NCBI GenBank assembly: GCA_964428485.1
Contig: CAYRYP010000002.1
Location: forward strand, 1,831-54,227
From: an uncultured Coriobacteriaceae bacterium
GTDB taxonomy: Bacteria > Actinomycetota > Coriobacteriia > Coriobacteriales > CADBOM01
DNA: 52,397 bases
Direction: 5' to 3'
A program made the translations under genes and the position numbers. Below, one piece after another: positions 34,259 through 42,349 of the stretch. The notes beneath the pieces were generated by a model that was not told the origin of the DNA, did no database searches, and saw only the letters and a list, made by a program, of their open reading frames with translations. Numbering within the stretch: the stretch's first letter is position 1; each line of letters opens with the position of its first letter.

Positions 34259-35458
34259 ATGCCCATCGTCGAATGCTTCGGCAAGAAACCGGAGCTCGCA
34301 TCCTATGACGCAATCATCATCGGATCCGGATTCGCCGGATCGGTGGTGGCAAGGGAGCTGGCCGAGAGAGCCGGCAAGAGAGTCGCCATCGTCGAGTCTC
34401 GCAACCACATTGGCGGCAACGCCTACGACACCCTCGACGACGCCGGCGTGCTCATCCACGCATACGGCCCGCACATCTTCCACACCAACGACAAGCGCGC
34501 CTACGACTACCTGTCCCGCTTCACCGAGTGGCTCGACTATCAGCACGAGGTGCTCGCCAACCTCAATGGAACCTACATCCCCGTTCCCTTTAACAAAAAC
34601 TCGATGGAGATCGTCTTTGGGCAGGAGAAGGCCGCTCACTACATCCAGAAGCTGATCGACGTGTTCGGCGACGAGCGCAAGGTCCCGATCATCGAGCTGC
34701 GCAAGCAGGAAGACCCCGAGCTCTCTGAGATCGCCGACTTCGTCTACGAGAACGTGTTCCTGTACTACACGATGAAGCAGTGGGGCCAGACGCCCGAGCA
34801 GGTGGATCCGTCGGTCACGGCGCGCGTCCCGGTCTTCATTTCCCGCGACAACCGCTACTTCCAGGACGCCTACCAGGGCATGCCGCTCGAGGGCTACACC
34901 AGGCTCTTCGAGTCCATGTTGGACCACCCCGGCATCGATGTGTATCTCTCCGTTGATGGACGCGACGTACTCGAGTTCGTTGAGGACGACGACAACTCGC
35001 GCGTCAACGTCGACGGCGCGCCATACGATGGCATCGTGGTCTACACCGGGGCGCTCGACGAGCTGTTCGGCAACAGGTTCGGCCGCCTACCCTACCGCTC
35101 ACTCGACTTCGTGTACGAAACCCACGAATGCAAGCATTGGCAGCCCTGCGGAACGGTCAACTACACGGTGAGCGAGGACTACACCCGCATCACAGAGTTC
35201 ACCTACCTTACCGGCCAGGACCTCGACGTTACCACGGTCATGAAGGAATACTCGAGGGCCTACGAGGGTGCCGAGGGCCAGATCCCCTACTACGCGATCA
35301 TCAGCGAAGAAAACCAGAGGCACTACGAGCGCTACAAGGAGCTCGCCGACCGCTTCGAGGGTCTGCATCTGATCGGCCGCCTTGCAGAGTACAGGTACTA
35401 CAACATGGACGCCATCGTCTCTAGGGCGCTGGAACTCTCCGACGCCCTGTGCGGTTAG
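34259..35458 (+). CDS. glf: UDP-galactopyranose mutase
   Basis: FAD fold YDAIIIGSGFAGSVVAREL, GGNAYD, GPHIFHTN, and a C-terminal GRLAEYRYYNMD. AGGAGA SD. Confidence 0.92.
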   Translation: MPIVECFGKKPELASYDAIIIGSGFAGSVVARELAERAGKRVAIVESRNHIGGNAYDTLDDAGVLIHAYGPHIFHTNDKRAYDYLSRFTEWLDYQHEVLANLNGTYIPVPFNKNSMEIVFGQEKAAHYIQKLIDVFGDERKVPIIELRKQEDPELSEIADFVYENVFLYYTMKQWGQTPEQVDPSVTARVPVFISRDNRYFQDAYQGMPLEGYTRLFESMLDHPGIDVYLSVDGRDVLEFVEDDDNSRVNVDGAPYDGIVVYTGALDELFGNRFGRLPYRSLDFVYETHECKHWQPCGTVNYTVSEDYTRITEFTYLTGQDLDVTTVMKEYSRAYEGAEGQIPYYAIISEENQRHYERYKELADRFEGLHLIGRLAEYRYYNMDAIVSRALELSDALCG

Positions 35459-35467
35459 AGGGGCGGT

Positions 35468-36547
35468 GTGCAGGCAATGGTTGAGGAAGACGACACAATG
35501 GAGTCTGGGCAGAAGATCATCAGCTTCGCGATCCCGTGCTACAACTCCGCCGAGTACATGGACCACTGCATACAGTCGATCATCGACGGCAGTCAGGCCT
35601 ATCTCGACGAGATCGAGATCATCGTGGTAGACGACGGCTCCACCAAGGACAACACGCTCGAGAAGGCTGAGGGGTGGCAGGAGCGCTACCCCGGGGTTGT
35701 CAGGGCGATCCACCAGGAGAATGCGGGCCATGGGGGTGCGGTCAACAAGGGACTCGAGCTTGCGCGCGGGGCGTACTACAAAGTCGTGGACTCCGACGAC
35801 TGGCTTGACGGCAAGTCGCTCGAGATGGTGTTGGAGCTCCTTCAGGCGTTCGTGAACCGTCGCGAGTCCGATACTCCCATCGACATGGTGATCTGCAACT
35901 ACGTCTACGAGCATCAGACACGCGGTAGCGAGGTCATGGACTACAAGAGCATTCTGCCCGTTGGACGCGAGTTCGGGTGGAGCGATGTCGGCAAGTTTCC
36001 GATCTCCCGCTACATCCTGATGCACTCGGTGATTTACCGTACCCAGGTGCTCCGCGATAGCGGCATCAAGCTGCCCGAGCACACCTTCTACGTGGACAAC
36101 ATATTCGTGTACACACCTCTGCCGATGGTCAAGACGATGTTTTACCTGGACCTCGATCTCTACCGGTACTTCATCGGCCGTGATGACCAGTCGGTCAACG
36201 AGAAGGTGATGATCAGCAGGATCGACCAACAGTTCCTGATTACCCGCACGATGATAGACTCGCACGATCTCGCTACAATCGATAACTCCGAACTCAGGGG
36301 CTACATGGCGAACTACTTGCTCATGATGTTGACGATCTGCACCGTCTTCGTCATGTTGTCAGACAAACCCAATCGCCTCGAGATGCGAGACGAGATATGG
36401 CAGTATCTCCAGGAGCACAACAGCGGTATCTACCCGGAGCTTCGCAAGAAGTTCTTCGGGTGGGGATGCAATCTCAGTGGCGAGGTCGGTAGGAAAGTCA
36501 TCATAGGTTTGTATCGCATCGCCCGGAAGATCTGGAAATTCAACTAG
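35468..36547 (+). CDS. Family 2 glycosyltransferase (probable galactofuranosyltransferase partner of Glf)
   Basis: ISFAIPCYNSAEYMDHCIQS, VVDDGSTKDN and VDSDDWL (DxD). It starts 9 nt after the glf stop. Confidence 0.8.
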   Translation: MQAMVEEDDTMESGQKIISFAIPCYNSAEYMDHCIQSIIDGSQAYLDEIEIIVVDDGSTKDNTLEKAEGWQERYPGVVRAIHQENAGHGGAVNKGLELARGAYYKVVDSDDWLDGKSLEMVLELLQAFVNRRESDTPIDMVICNYVYEHQTRGSEVMDYKSILPVGREFGWSDVGKFPISRYILMHSVIYRTQVLRDSGIKLPEHTFYVDNIFVYTPLPMVKTMFYLDLDLYRYFIGRDDQSVNEKVMISRIDQQFLITRTMIDSHDLATIDNSELRGYMANYLLMMLTICTVFVMLSDKPNRLEMRDEIWQYLQEHNSGIYPELRKKFFGWGCNLSGEVGRKVIIGLYRIARKIWKFN

Positions 36548-36570
36548 CCTCGGACGCCTGTTTTGGCCTT

Positions 36571-37878
36571 CTACCTCGAGAGCACCGTCACCGTCTCGAT
36601 GTGGTAGGTCTGAGGGAACATGTCCACAGGGGTCACGCTCTCGATGCGGTATCCCAGCTCCAGCATGCCGGCGAGATCGCGGCCGAGCGTGGTGGGGTTG
36701 CACGAGACGACGGCCACGCGCGAGGGGGACATCTCCCCGATGCGCTCCAGCAGGTCTGGTGACATCCCGCTGTAGGGCGGATCGACCACCAGTTTGTCCA
36801 CATGCCCGATCCCCTTCGACTCCCTGGCGGCGTCTCCGCCGATAACCTCGGCGTCAAGGCCGTTCATGTTAAGGTTGCGGCGCAGGTCGCGGATGCTGCT
36901 CGACGCAGCCTCGATCGCCACGACGTTGTCGGAACGCTCCGCCATGGGGATGGTGAAGGTCCCGGCCCCACAGTAGAGGTCGCAGCACACGTCGTCGGAC
37001 TCTATCGCAAGGCCATCCATGGCAAGGTCGATCAACCGCTCGGCGCCTAGAGTGTTCACCTGGAAGAACGAGGGTGCCGACACCGCCATCCGCGCGTTGT
37101 TTAGCCTCTCGATCCAGTGTTCCTCGCCGCCCAGCACCTCGACCCCCACAGGTCTTCTGGCCTTAGGGTCGTCCTTGACTAGTACCCTTACTAGCGACGA
37201 GTGCTTCACGGCGCTGGCAAGAACGTCCTCCGCCGCCTTGCGCGGGAACTGGTCGGGTCTTGTCCACAACGCGATCTGCATCTTCCCGGTGCGTGCGGAG
37301 ATGCGGATTCCCACGCGCTTCAACCCGTAGTCGCTGGCTTTGAGGAAGCGCAGCGCGCCGGTGATCGACTTGATGAGCTTCGCGTTGGCTTTGGGGATCA
37401 GCAGGCACCTGTCAACCGGCGCTATATCGTTGGTGCCCGCGCTATGAAAGCCGAGCTGCAGCTTCCTGTCCTCGGAATATACCGGCACGAGCTCTATCTT
37501 GTTCCGGTATCCGAGCCGCTTCTTGGAGGGCATGCACGCGCCCACCAGCTCCTCCGCCCCTTCGATCTTGCCTATGCGCTGCAGGGAGTCCACGACGAAG
37601 GATCTCTTCCATCGGAGCTGCTCGTCGTAGGCCATCGACTGCCAGGGGCACCCGCCGCATACCCCGAAATGCGGGCACTGCGGGGAGACCCTGCTGGGCG
37701 ATTCCTCCAGCACACGAGTCGCTACCGCATTGCAGTAGGTCTTGTGGTCCTGGACGATCTTTGCCTCAACCAAGTCGTTGGCGATGGCGCCGGCTACAAA
37801 GACGGTTTTGCCTTCTGGCAGTCTCGAGACTCCGTCGCCGCCAAATGCCATCCGGTCAACTCTGATCGTCGTTGACAA
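36571..37878 (-). CDS. rlmD: 23S rRNA (uracil-5-)-methyltransferase, RumA/RlmD family (TRAM + [4Fe-4S] + SAM MTase)
   Basis: TRAM N-domain, the Cys cluster CPHFGVCGGCPWQ, SAM motif DLYCGAGTFT, and the catalytic VVSCNPTTLGRDL. Confidence 0.85.
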   Translation of the reverse strand: MSTTIRVDRMAFGGDGVSRLPEGKTVFVAGAIANDLVEAKIVQDHKTYCNAVATRVLEESPSRVSPQCPHFGVCGGCPWQSMAYDEQLRWKRSFVVDSLQRIGKIEGAEELVGACMPSKKRLGYRNKIELVPVYSEDRKLQLGFHSAGTNDIAPVDRCLLIPKANAKLIKSITGALRFLKASDYGLKRVGIRISARTGKMQIALWTRPDQFPRKAAEDVLASAVKHSSLVRVLVKDDPKARRPVGVEVLGGEEHWIERLNNARMAVSAPSFFQVNTLGAERLIDLAMDGLAIESDDVCCDLYCGAGTFTIPMAERSDNVVAIEAASSSIRDLRRNLNMNGLDAEVIGGDAARESKGIGHVDKLVVDPPYSGMSPDLLERIGEMSPSRVAVVSCNPTTLGRDLAGMLELGYRIESVTPVDMFPQTYHIETVTVLSR

Positions 37879-38037
37879 GTTATGTCAGCTCCTTATATTC
37901 GAAACTGCCTGCCGTTTTGGGTATCGAGCCCTGTAACTGCGCGGCGGGCGCTGCTGCTTTGTGTCTGCATTATGCGATTGTATGTTATTGTGGCTCGAAG
38001 CAAATGTGTGTGGAAATATTAGGAGGAGAGAAACATT

Positions 38038-38208
38038 ATGGCCGTTACTGTCAATGCCGAGGATTGTGTGGGATGCGGCGCTTGCGTGGATATTTGCCCC
38101 TCTGGCGCCCTTGAGATCAACGGCGACAACGTCGCTGAGGTTAACGACGAGTGCGTCGACTGCGGCGCTTGCGTGTCTGCTTGCCCCGCCGAGGCGATCG
38201 CCCTCTAA
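38038..38208 (+). CDS. 2x[4Fe-4S] ferredoxin (56 aa)
   Basis: ORF absent from the track: MAVTVNAEDCVGCGACVDICPSGALEINGDNVAEVNDECVDCGACVSACPAEAIAL. It has two CxxCxxCxxxCP motifs and an AGGAGGAG SD 8 nt upstream. Confidence 0.85.
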   Translation: MAVTVNAEDCVGCGACVDICPSGALEINGDNVAEVNDECVDCGACVSACPAEAIAL

Positions 38209-38242
38209 TTCCCGCAGGGAAAGGGAATTTCCAGAGCACGAG

Positions 38243-38300
38243 GGAAGCCCCCGACCGGTCCGTCGATGCGGATTTGGTTTCGGGGGCTTCCTCTTTTCTC
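38243..38300 (+). terminator. Rho-independent terminator-like hairpin after the ferredoxin gene
   Basis: A perfect 12-bp stem, GGAAGCCCCCGA (38243-38254) pairing with TCGGGGGCTTCC (38280-38291), followed by TCTTTTCTC. The 25-nt loop is larger than usual. Confidence 0.6.
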
Positions 38301-38402
38301 ACCGAGTTTGATCCAACATCGATAACCCCATACTGCATAGATGCAACGCACCGGCTCTCGTGATCATGCGGGTTGCGAGATCTCGCGAAATATCCCCTCG
38401 TG

Positions 38403-38411
38403 TGATATGTT
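38403..38411 (+). promoter_or_regulatory. Candidate extended -10 element (TGaTATGTT) for tRNA-Arg
   Basis: TGnTAnnnT ends 11 nt upstream of the mature tRNA 5' end. Confidence 0.3.
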
Positions 38412-38422
38412 CAACCTTACGC

Positions 38423-38498
38423 GCCCTCTTAGCTCAGGGGATAGAGCGTCTGCCTCCGGAGCAGAAGGCCGTAGGTTCGAACCCTACAGGGGGCGCCA
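38423..38498 (+). tRNA. tRNA-Arg (anticodon CCG), CCA encoded
   Basis: Cloverleaf read by eye. Acceptor GCCCTCT/AGGGGGC (one G-U), D-arm GCTC-AGGGGATA-GAGC, anticodon arm TCTGC-CTCCGGA-GCAGA (CCG), T-arm GTAGG-TTCGAAC-CCTAC, discriminator G, then CCA. Confidence 0.9.
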
Positions 38499-38684
38499 TC
38501 TTTCAAGGATAAATTCAGCAAAGGATGCTGGCTTCGTTGCGCATCGGCCAAGCATCCGCGCGACCGGAAAAAGGTTTTACACTTCCTGTGCACGTCAGCG
38601 CGAAAGGGTGTTTTTCCGAGAGTGCGGAGTATGCTGCAGCTGACACGAGGTCTGCGTCCGACCAGGCACTATGGAGGAATGATA

Positions 38685-39215
38685 ATGAGCATGTACACAC
38701 CCGAGTACAAGCCCACCGGGGACGAGATCGCAGTTCTCCACACCAGCAAGGGAGACATCCGTGTTCAGCTGCATGGCCAGGACGCGCCGATCCACGTCGG
38801 CAACTTCGTGGAACTGTCCACCAAGGGATTTTACAATGGGCTCAAGTTCCACCGTTACGTGCCCGACTTCGTCATCCAGGGCGGATGTCCCAACACCCGC
38901 GACCTCACTCCGGAGCAGGTAGCTTCGGGTCAGGCCAACGGGCCGCAGCCTGGAACCGGCAACCCCGGGTACAGCATCCGCGAGGAGTTCACCACCAATC
39001 CCAACAACGTTCACAAGGACGGCACACTAGCCATGGCTAGGAGCCAGAATCCCAACTCCGCAGGTTCGCAGTTCTACTTCTGCCTGGGAGACCAGCCCTT
39101 CCTCGACAGCGGCTACACCGTCTTCGGTGACACCATCGAGGGCCTCGACGTTATCTGGGCGCTCCGCGCCGGCGATGTGATCGAGTCCATCGAGATAGAG
39201 AATCTCGCCGAGTAG
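38685..39215 (+). CDS. Cyclophilin-type peptidyl-prolyl cis-trans isomerase
   Basis: FHRYVPDFVIQGG, MARSQNPNSAGSQFYFCL and TVFGDTIEGLDV. The ATG at 38685 lies 7 nt after GGAGG. The ORF-track start at 38622 is less likely. Confidence 0.9.
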   Translation: MSMYTPEYKPTGDEIAVLHTSKGDIRVQLHGQDAPIHVGNFVELSTKGFYNGLKFHRYVPDFVIQGGCPNTRDLTPEQVASGQANGPQPGTGNPGYSIREEFTTNPNNVHKDGTLAMARSQNPNSAGSQFYFCLGDQPFLDSGYTVFGDTIEGLDVIWALRAGDVIESIEIENLAE

Positions 39216-39244
39216 GCGCTATCGCGCTTATCCGTTAGATCTGT

Positions 39245-39277
39245 TACCCCTCCCCGTGCCCGCTGCAGGGAGGGGTA
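39245..39277 (+). terminator. Terminator-like hairpin after the PPIase gene
   Basis: A perfect 10-bp stem, TACCCCTCCC/GGGAGGGGTA, with a 13-nt loop, followed by the T/A-rich TTCATATATAT. Confidence 0.5.
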
Positions 39278-39280
39278 TTC

Positions 39281-39319
39281 ATATATATGTATGGATATGT
39301 ATGGGTATGGGTCTGTGTG
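39281..39319. repeat. AT/TG low-complexity tract (ATATATATGTATGGATATGTATGGGTATGGGTCTGTGTG)
   Basis: Degenerate (G)TATGG(G) units and alternating purine-pyrimidine runs, in sharp contrast to the surrounding GC-rich DNA. It is followed by four GTCCCG copies (39326-39366). Confidence 0.6.
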
Positions 39320-39409
39320 CCGCAGTCCCGCACGCCGCAGCTCCACGTCCCGTCCCGCCGTCCCGCTCCACACGGCCCAAAAGCATCCGGGAGGGCGGGA
39401 GTGCGTTTC

Positions 39410-39437
39410 TTGACAACCCCCCGGTTGGTAATAGAAT
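39410..39437 (+). promoter_or_regulatory. Near-consensus promoter TTGACA-N16-TAGAAT upstream of the TPR gene
   Basis: -35 TTGACA (39410-39415) and -10 TAGAAT (39432-39437). This would give a 5' leader of about 150 nt before the TTG start at 39592. Confidence 0.5.
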
Positions 39438-39591
39438 TAATCTGACTTGTGCATGCGCAGGCGCATAAGCGCCGCATACGACCCGTGAGAGGGTTCGCTG
39501 CACGGCAGGAGCGCGGCGCACCAAAACGTGGCACTGCAAACGAAGCATCGTCGGCGCTCCAGATGTTTCGATGAAGAGATAGGATGCCAGC

Positions 39592-41025
39592 TTGCTTAAC
39601 AGAGAGGTGCTGGATCAGGCGAAGTGCGCCTACGATTCCGGCGATTTCGCGGAGGCGCTGAAGGGCTACTACACCTGCCTCAAGGAGCACAGCGACACGT
39701 TCGAGCCTGGTGAGAGCGGACTTGTGTATCACATGTTGGGCAACTGCCTCATGAAGATGCACAGCTTGAAGGATGCGGGGGCAGCCTACGAGAAGGCGCT
39801 TGCCGACAAGGCCTATGACAACGCGACTTCGGTGCGCTCCAACTACGCGCTCACCCTCACGGGAATGGGGGAGTACGGCAAGGCGGTTGAGCAGTTCGAG
39901 ACCGTCCTTCGCGATCCCGACTACCCGGCCCCCTACAAGGCCTATAACGGACTTGGCAACGCCTACATGCAGATGGGGGACTTCGCGGCGGCCGGTACGG
40001 CGTTTCGCAACGCTGCAGTGGACAATCGCAACCCCACGCCGGTCAAGGCCCTGCTGAACCTGGGCGTGTGCTTCATGGGTCTGGAGCGCCCCGCCGACGC
40101 CATCGACACATACAAGGCGATCTTCGAGTTCAACCCCGATCAGGAGACTCTCAACAAGACCTACGCCAACATGGGTCAGGCCTATGTGGCGGCGGGGAAG
40201 ATGGAAGAGGCCGTCGACGCCTTCGAGAACGCCACGCGTGACAGCAACTATGAGCTCTCCGACGCCGCGAGGGGCGATTACTTCAAGGCCCGCAGCGCGC
40301 TAACCGTCCACGACGACAGTGGGATCGACGCTCTGGGCGAGACCACCATGATGCCCAACGTCTACTCCGACGATGACTACGGGTACGACGATTACTACGA
40401 CGACTCAGAAGAGCCCTACTTAGACGACGCCACCTATGGGGCCGGCATCCCCTCGGCAGACGACACCGGGTTCTTCGAGCTTCCAGACAACTCCTCCAAT
40501 CTCGATGACCTCATGAAGTCTGGCGGCCTTAAGAAGAGCCGTAAGGGTCTCAAGATCCTGCTCGTCATCGTGATCTTCGTGGTGGTGCTGGTGGCTGCGG
40601 CTGGCGTCCTCTATTGGCAGGGCTTCGGATTCCCCACCCAGCAGCAGACGATCCAGTCGATGTTCGACAAACACGCCGCCGGCGAGGACACCTCCGACTG
40701 CTGGATTACGGCCACCTCGGATGAGGACCGCGTGCGCATCAACAGGATCATGAACTCGGTTGTTCAGACCAGCGACATCACCATCGACTACCTGGAGATG
40801 GGGACCATCGATTCCGACGCGATCGTGACCGCCACCACATCGGAGGGCGGCCAGGTGCGTTACGAGATCTCGCTCACGCGCGATTTCTCCACCCCTATCA
40901 GCTGGATAGGCTGGAAGATCAATGGAGTGGAGATTGCGTTCCCGTCTGAGCAGTCCTCCAGTGATGACACCTCCGATTCAACCACTACGACGTCGGAAAC
41001 CGAAGACGAGGACACCACGTCGTAG
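39592..41025 (+). CDS. Bitopic TPR-repeat protein (cytoplasmic TPR array, acidic linker, one TM, extracytoplasmic domain)
   Basis: Repeated A-x3-Y/F-x2-A-hydrophobic TPR patterns (AEALKGYYTCL, AGAAYEKAL, AVEQFETVL, AGTAFRNA, AIDTYKAIF, AVDAFENA). Acidic/Tyr linker DDDYGYDDYYDDSEEPYLDD. TM ILLVIVIFVVVLVAAAGVLYW. A C-terminal domain of about 110 aa and a Ser/Thr/Asp tail. Confidence 0.7.
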   Translation: MLNREVLDQAKCAYDSGDFAEALKGYYTCLKEHSDTFEPGESGLVYHMLGNCLMKMHSLKDAGAAYEKALADKAYDNATSVRSNYALTLTGMGEYGKAVEQFETVLRDPDYPAPYKAYNGLGNAYMQMGDFAAAGTAFRNAAVDNRNPTPVKALLNLGVCFMGLERPADAIDTYKAIFEFNPDQETLNKTYANMGQAYVAAGKMEEAVDAFENATRDSNYELSDAARGDYFKARSALTVHDDSGIDALGETTMMPNVYSDDDYGYDDYYDDSEEPYLDDATYGAGIPSADDTGFFELPDNSSNLDDLMKSGGLKKSRKGLKILLVIVIFVVVLVAAAGVLYWQGFGFPTQQQTIQSMFDKHAAGEDTSDCWITATSDEDRVRINRIMNSVVQTSDITIDYLEMGTIDSDAIVTATTSEGGQVRYEISLTRDFSTPISWIGWKINGVEIAFPSEQSSSDDTSDSTTTTSETEDEDTTS

Positions 41026-41296
41026 AGTCGAAAACGCTCCCCGCGCAAGGTCGCACGCCCGCCGCCCGCAAGCGTGTCGATATTGTGGGGGCCGATTTGC
41101 CGGACTTGCCGTATGTTAAACTTGTTGGCCGATGATCAAGCTGAAGAGCGGCGGGGGACGCGGCAGGTCGAACCCGCTCCGCCTGTTCGACGGCCAAAGA
41201 TAAAATACGTGAAAGGGCCGGGCGCCTTGTGGGGCGATACCGGCCGCGATGCAATAATTGAAAGCTACGTTTCTCGTTTTGGGAGAAGTGGATCTA

Positions 41297-42337
41297 GTGT
41301 TTTTATTCGATGAGTTCTTCGGCCAATGGGGAACCGATATGGCCATCGATCTCGGTACCGCCAACACCCTCGTCGCCATTCCCGGTGAGGGAATAGTGGT
41401 CAACGAACCCTCGGTTGTCGCGATCGATGCAAACACGAACAAGGTTCTGGCCGTGGGCTACGAGGCCCGTGAGATGATAGGGCGCAACCCCGGCAACATC
41501 ATTGTCGAGAAGCCTTTGGCCGACGGAGTGGTCGCCGACTACGACGTCACCGAGGCCATGCTCAGCTACTTCATAAACAAGGCCAACCCGAGAAGGTCGT
41601 TCTGGAAGCCCAAGCCCAGGATCGTCATCTGTATTCCCTGTGGGGTCACCTCTGTGGAGAAGCGCGCGGTGTTCGAGGCCACCATTGAGGCCGGAGCTAG
41701 GCAGGCGTTTCTGCTTGAGGAGCCCATGGCTGCAGCCATCGGCGCTGGCCTTCCGGTTGACGAGCCCACCGGATCGATGGTCGTCGACATCGGAGGAGGC
41801 ACCACGGAGATCGCGGTGATCTCGCTCGGCGGCATCGTCGCCTTCCGATCGCTGAGGGTCGCCGGAAACGAGCTGGACGATGCGGTCATGAGGCACGTCC
41901 GCGACGTGTACGGTCTCTACATCGGAAGTCGCACTGCTGAGGACATCAAGATTGCCATCGGCTCCGCGCTGCCGATCTCCACCGGCGAGCTCGACATGGA
42001 GATCTCCGGAAGGGACATGACTACGAATCTGCCCCGCACCGAGATAATCCAGTCCGAGGACGTTCGCGAAGGCATTAGAGCACCTCTCCAGGAGATCGTG
42101 CTGTCTGTTAAGGAGGCCTTCAACGAGACCGACCCGGACCTTGCGGCAGATGTCATCCGCAACGGCGTTCTCCTCACCGGAGGCGGCGCACTGCTCAAGA
42201 TGCTCGATGTCCTGCTCTCCCAGGAGCTAGAGGTGCCCGTTTACGTGTCGGACACCGCCTTCTCCAACGTTGTCATGGGATGCGCGCGCGCACTCGAGAA
42301 CCCGGATGCACTGCGCAGGTCGTACACGCAGAAATAG
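41297..42337 (+). CDS. mreB: Rod shape-determining actin homologue MreB
   Basis: MAIDLGTANTLV, VVDIGGGTTEIAVISLGG, GVLLTGGGALL. The start is uncertain (GTG 41288 or 41297, ATG 41339). Confidence 0.93.
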   Translation: MFLFDEFFGQWGTDMAIDLGTANTLVAIPGEGIVVNEPSVVAIDANTNKVLAVGYEAREMIGRNPGNIIVEKPLADGVVADYDVTEAMLSYFINKANPRRSFWKPKPRIVICIPCGVTSVEKRAVFEATIEAGARQAFLLEEPMAAAIGAGLPVDEPTGSMVVDIGGGTTEIAVISLGGIVAFRSLRVAGNELDDAVMRHVRDVYGLYIGSRTAEDIKIAIGSALPISTGELDMEISGRDMTTNLPRTEIIQSEDVREGIRAPLQEIVLSVKEAFNETDPDLAADVIRNGVLLTGGGALLKMLDVLLSQELEVPVYVSDTAFSNVVMGCARALENPDALRRSYTQK

Positions 42338-42349
42338 GAGCCTCTGGAG

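Noticed and set aside
38423-38498. tRNA-Arg as a possible integration site for a genomic island.
   Set aside because: There is no integrase. By eye I find no duplicated tRNA 3' segment downstream. The neighbouring genes (ferredoxin, PPIase, mre operon) are housekeeping with normal composition.
39326-39366. Repeated GTCCCG units and nearby repeats, considered as a possible CRISPR or other array.
   Set aside because: The units are 6 nt long, irregularly spaced and have no spacers. No cas genes are present. I treat this as a low-complexity pyrimidine tract forming one arm of a hairpin.
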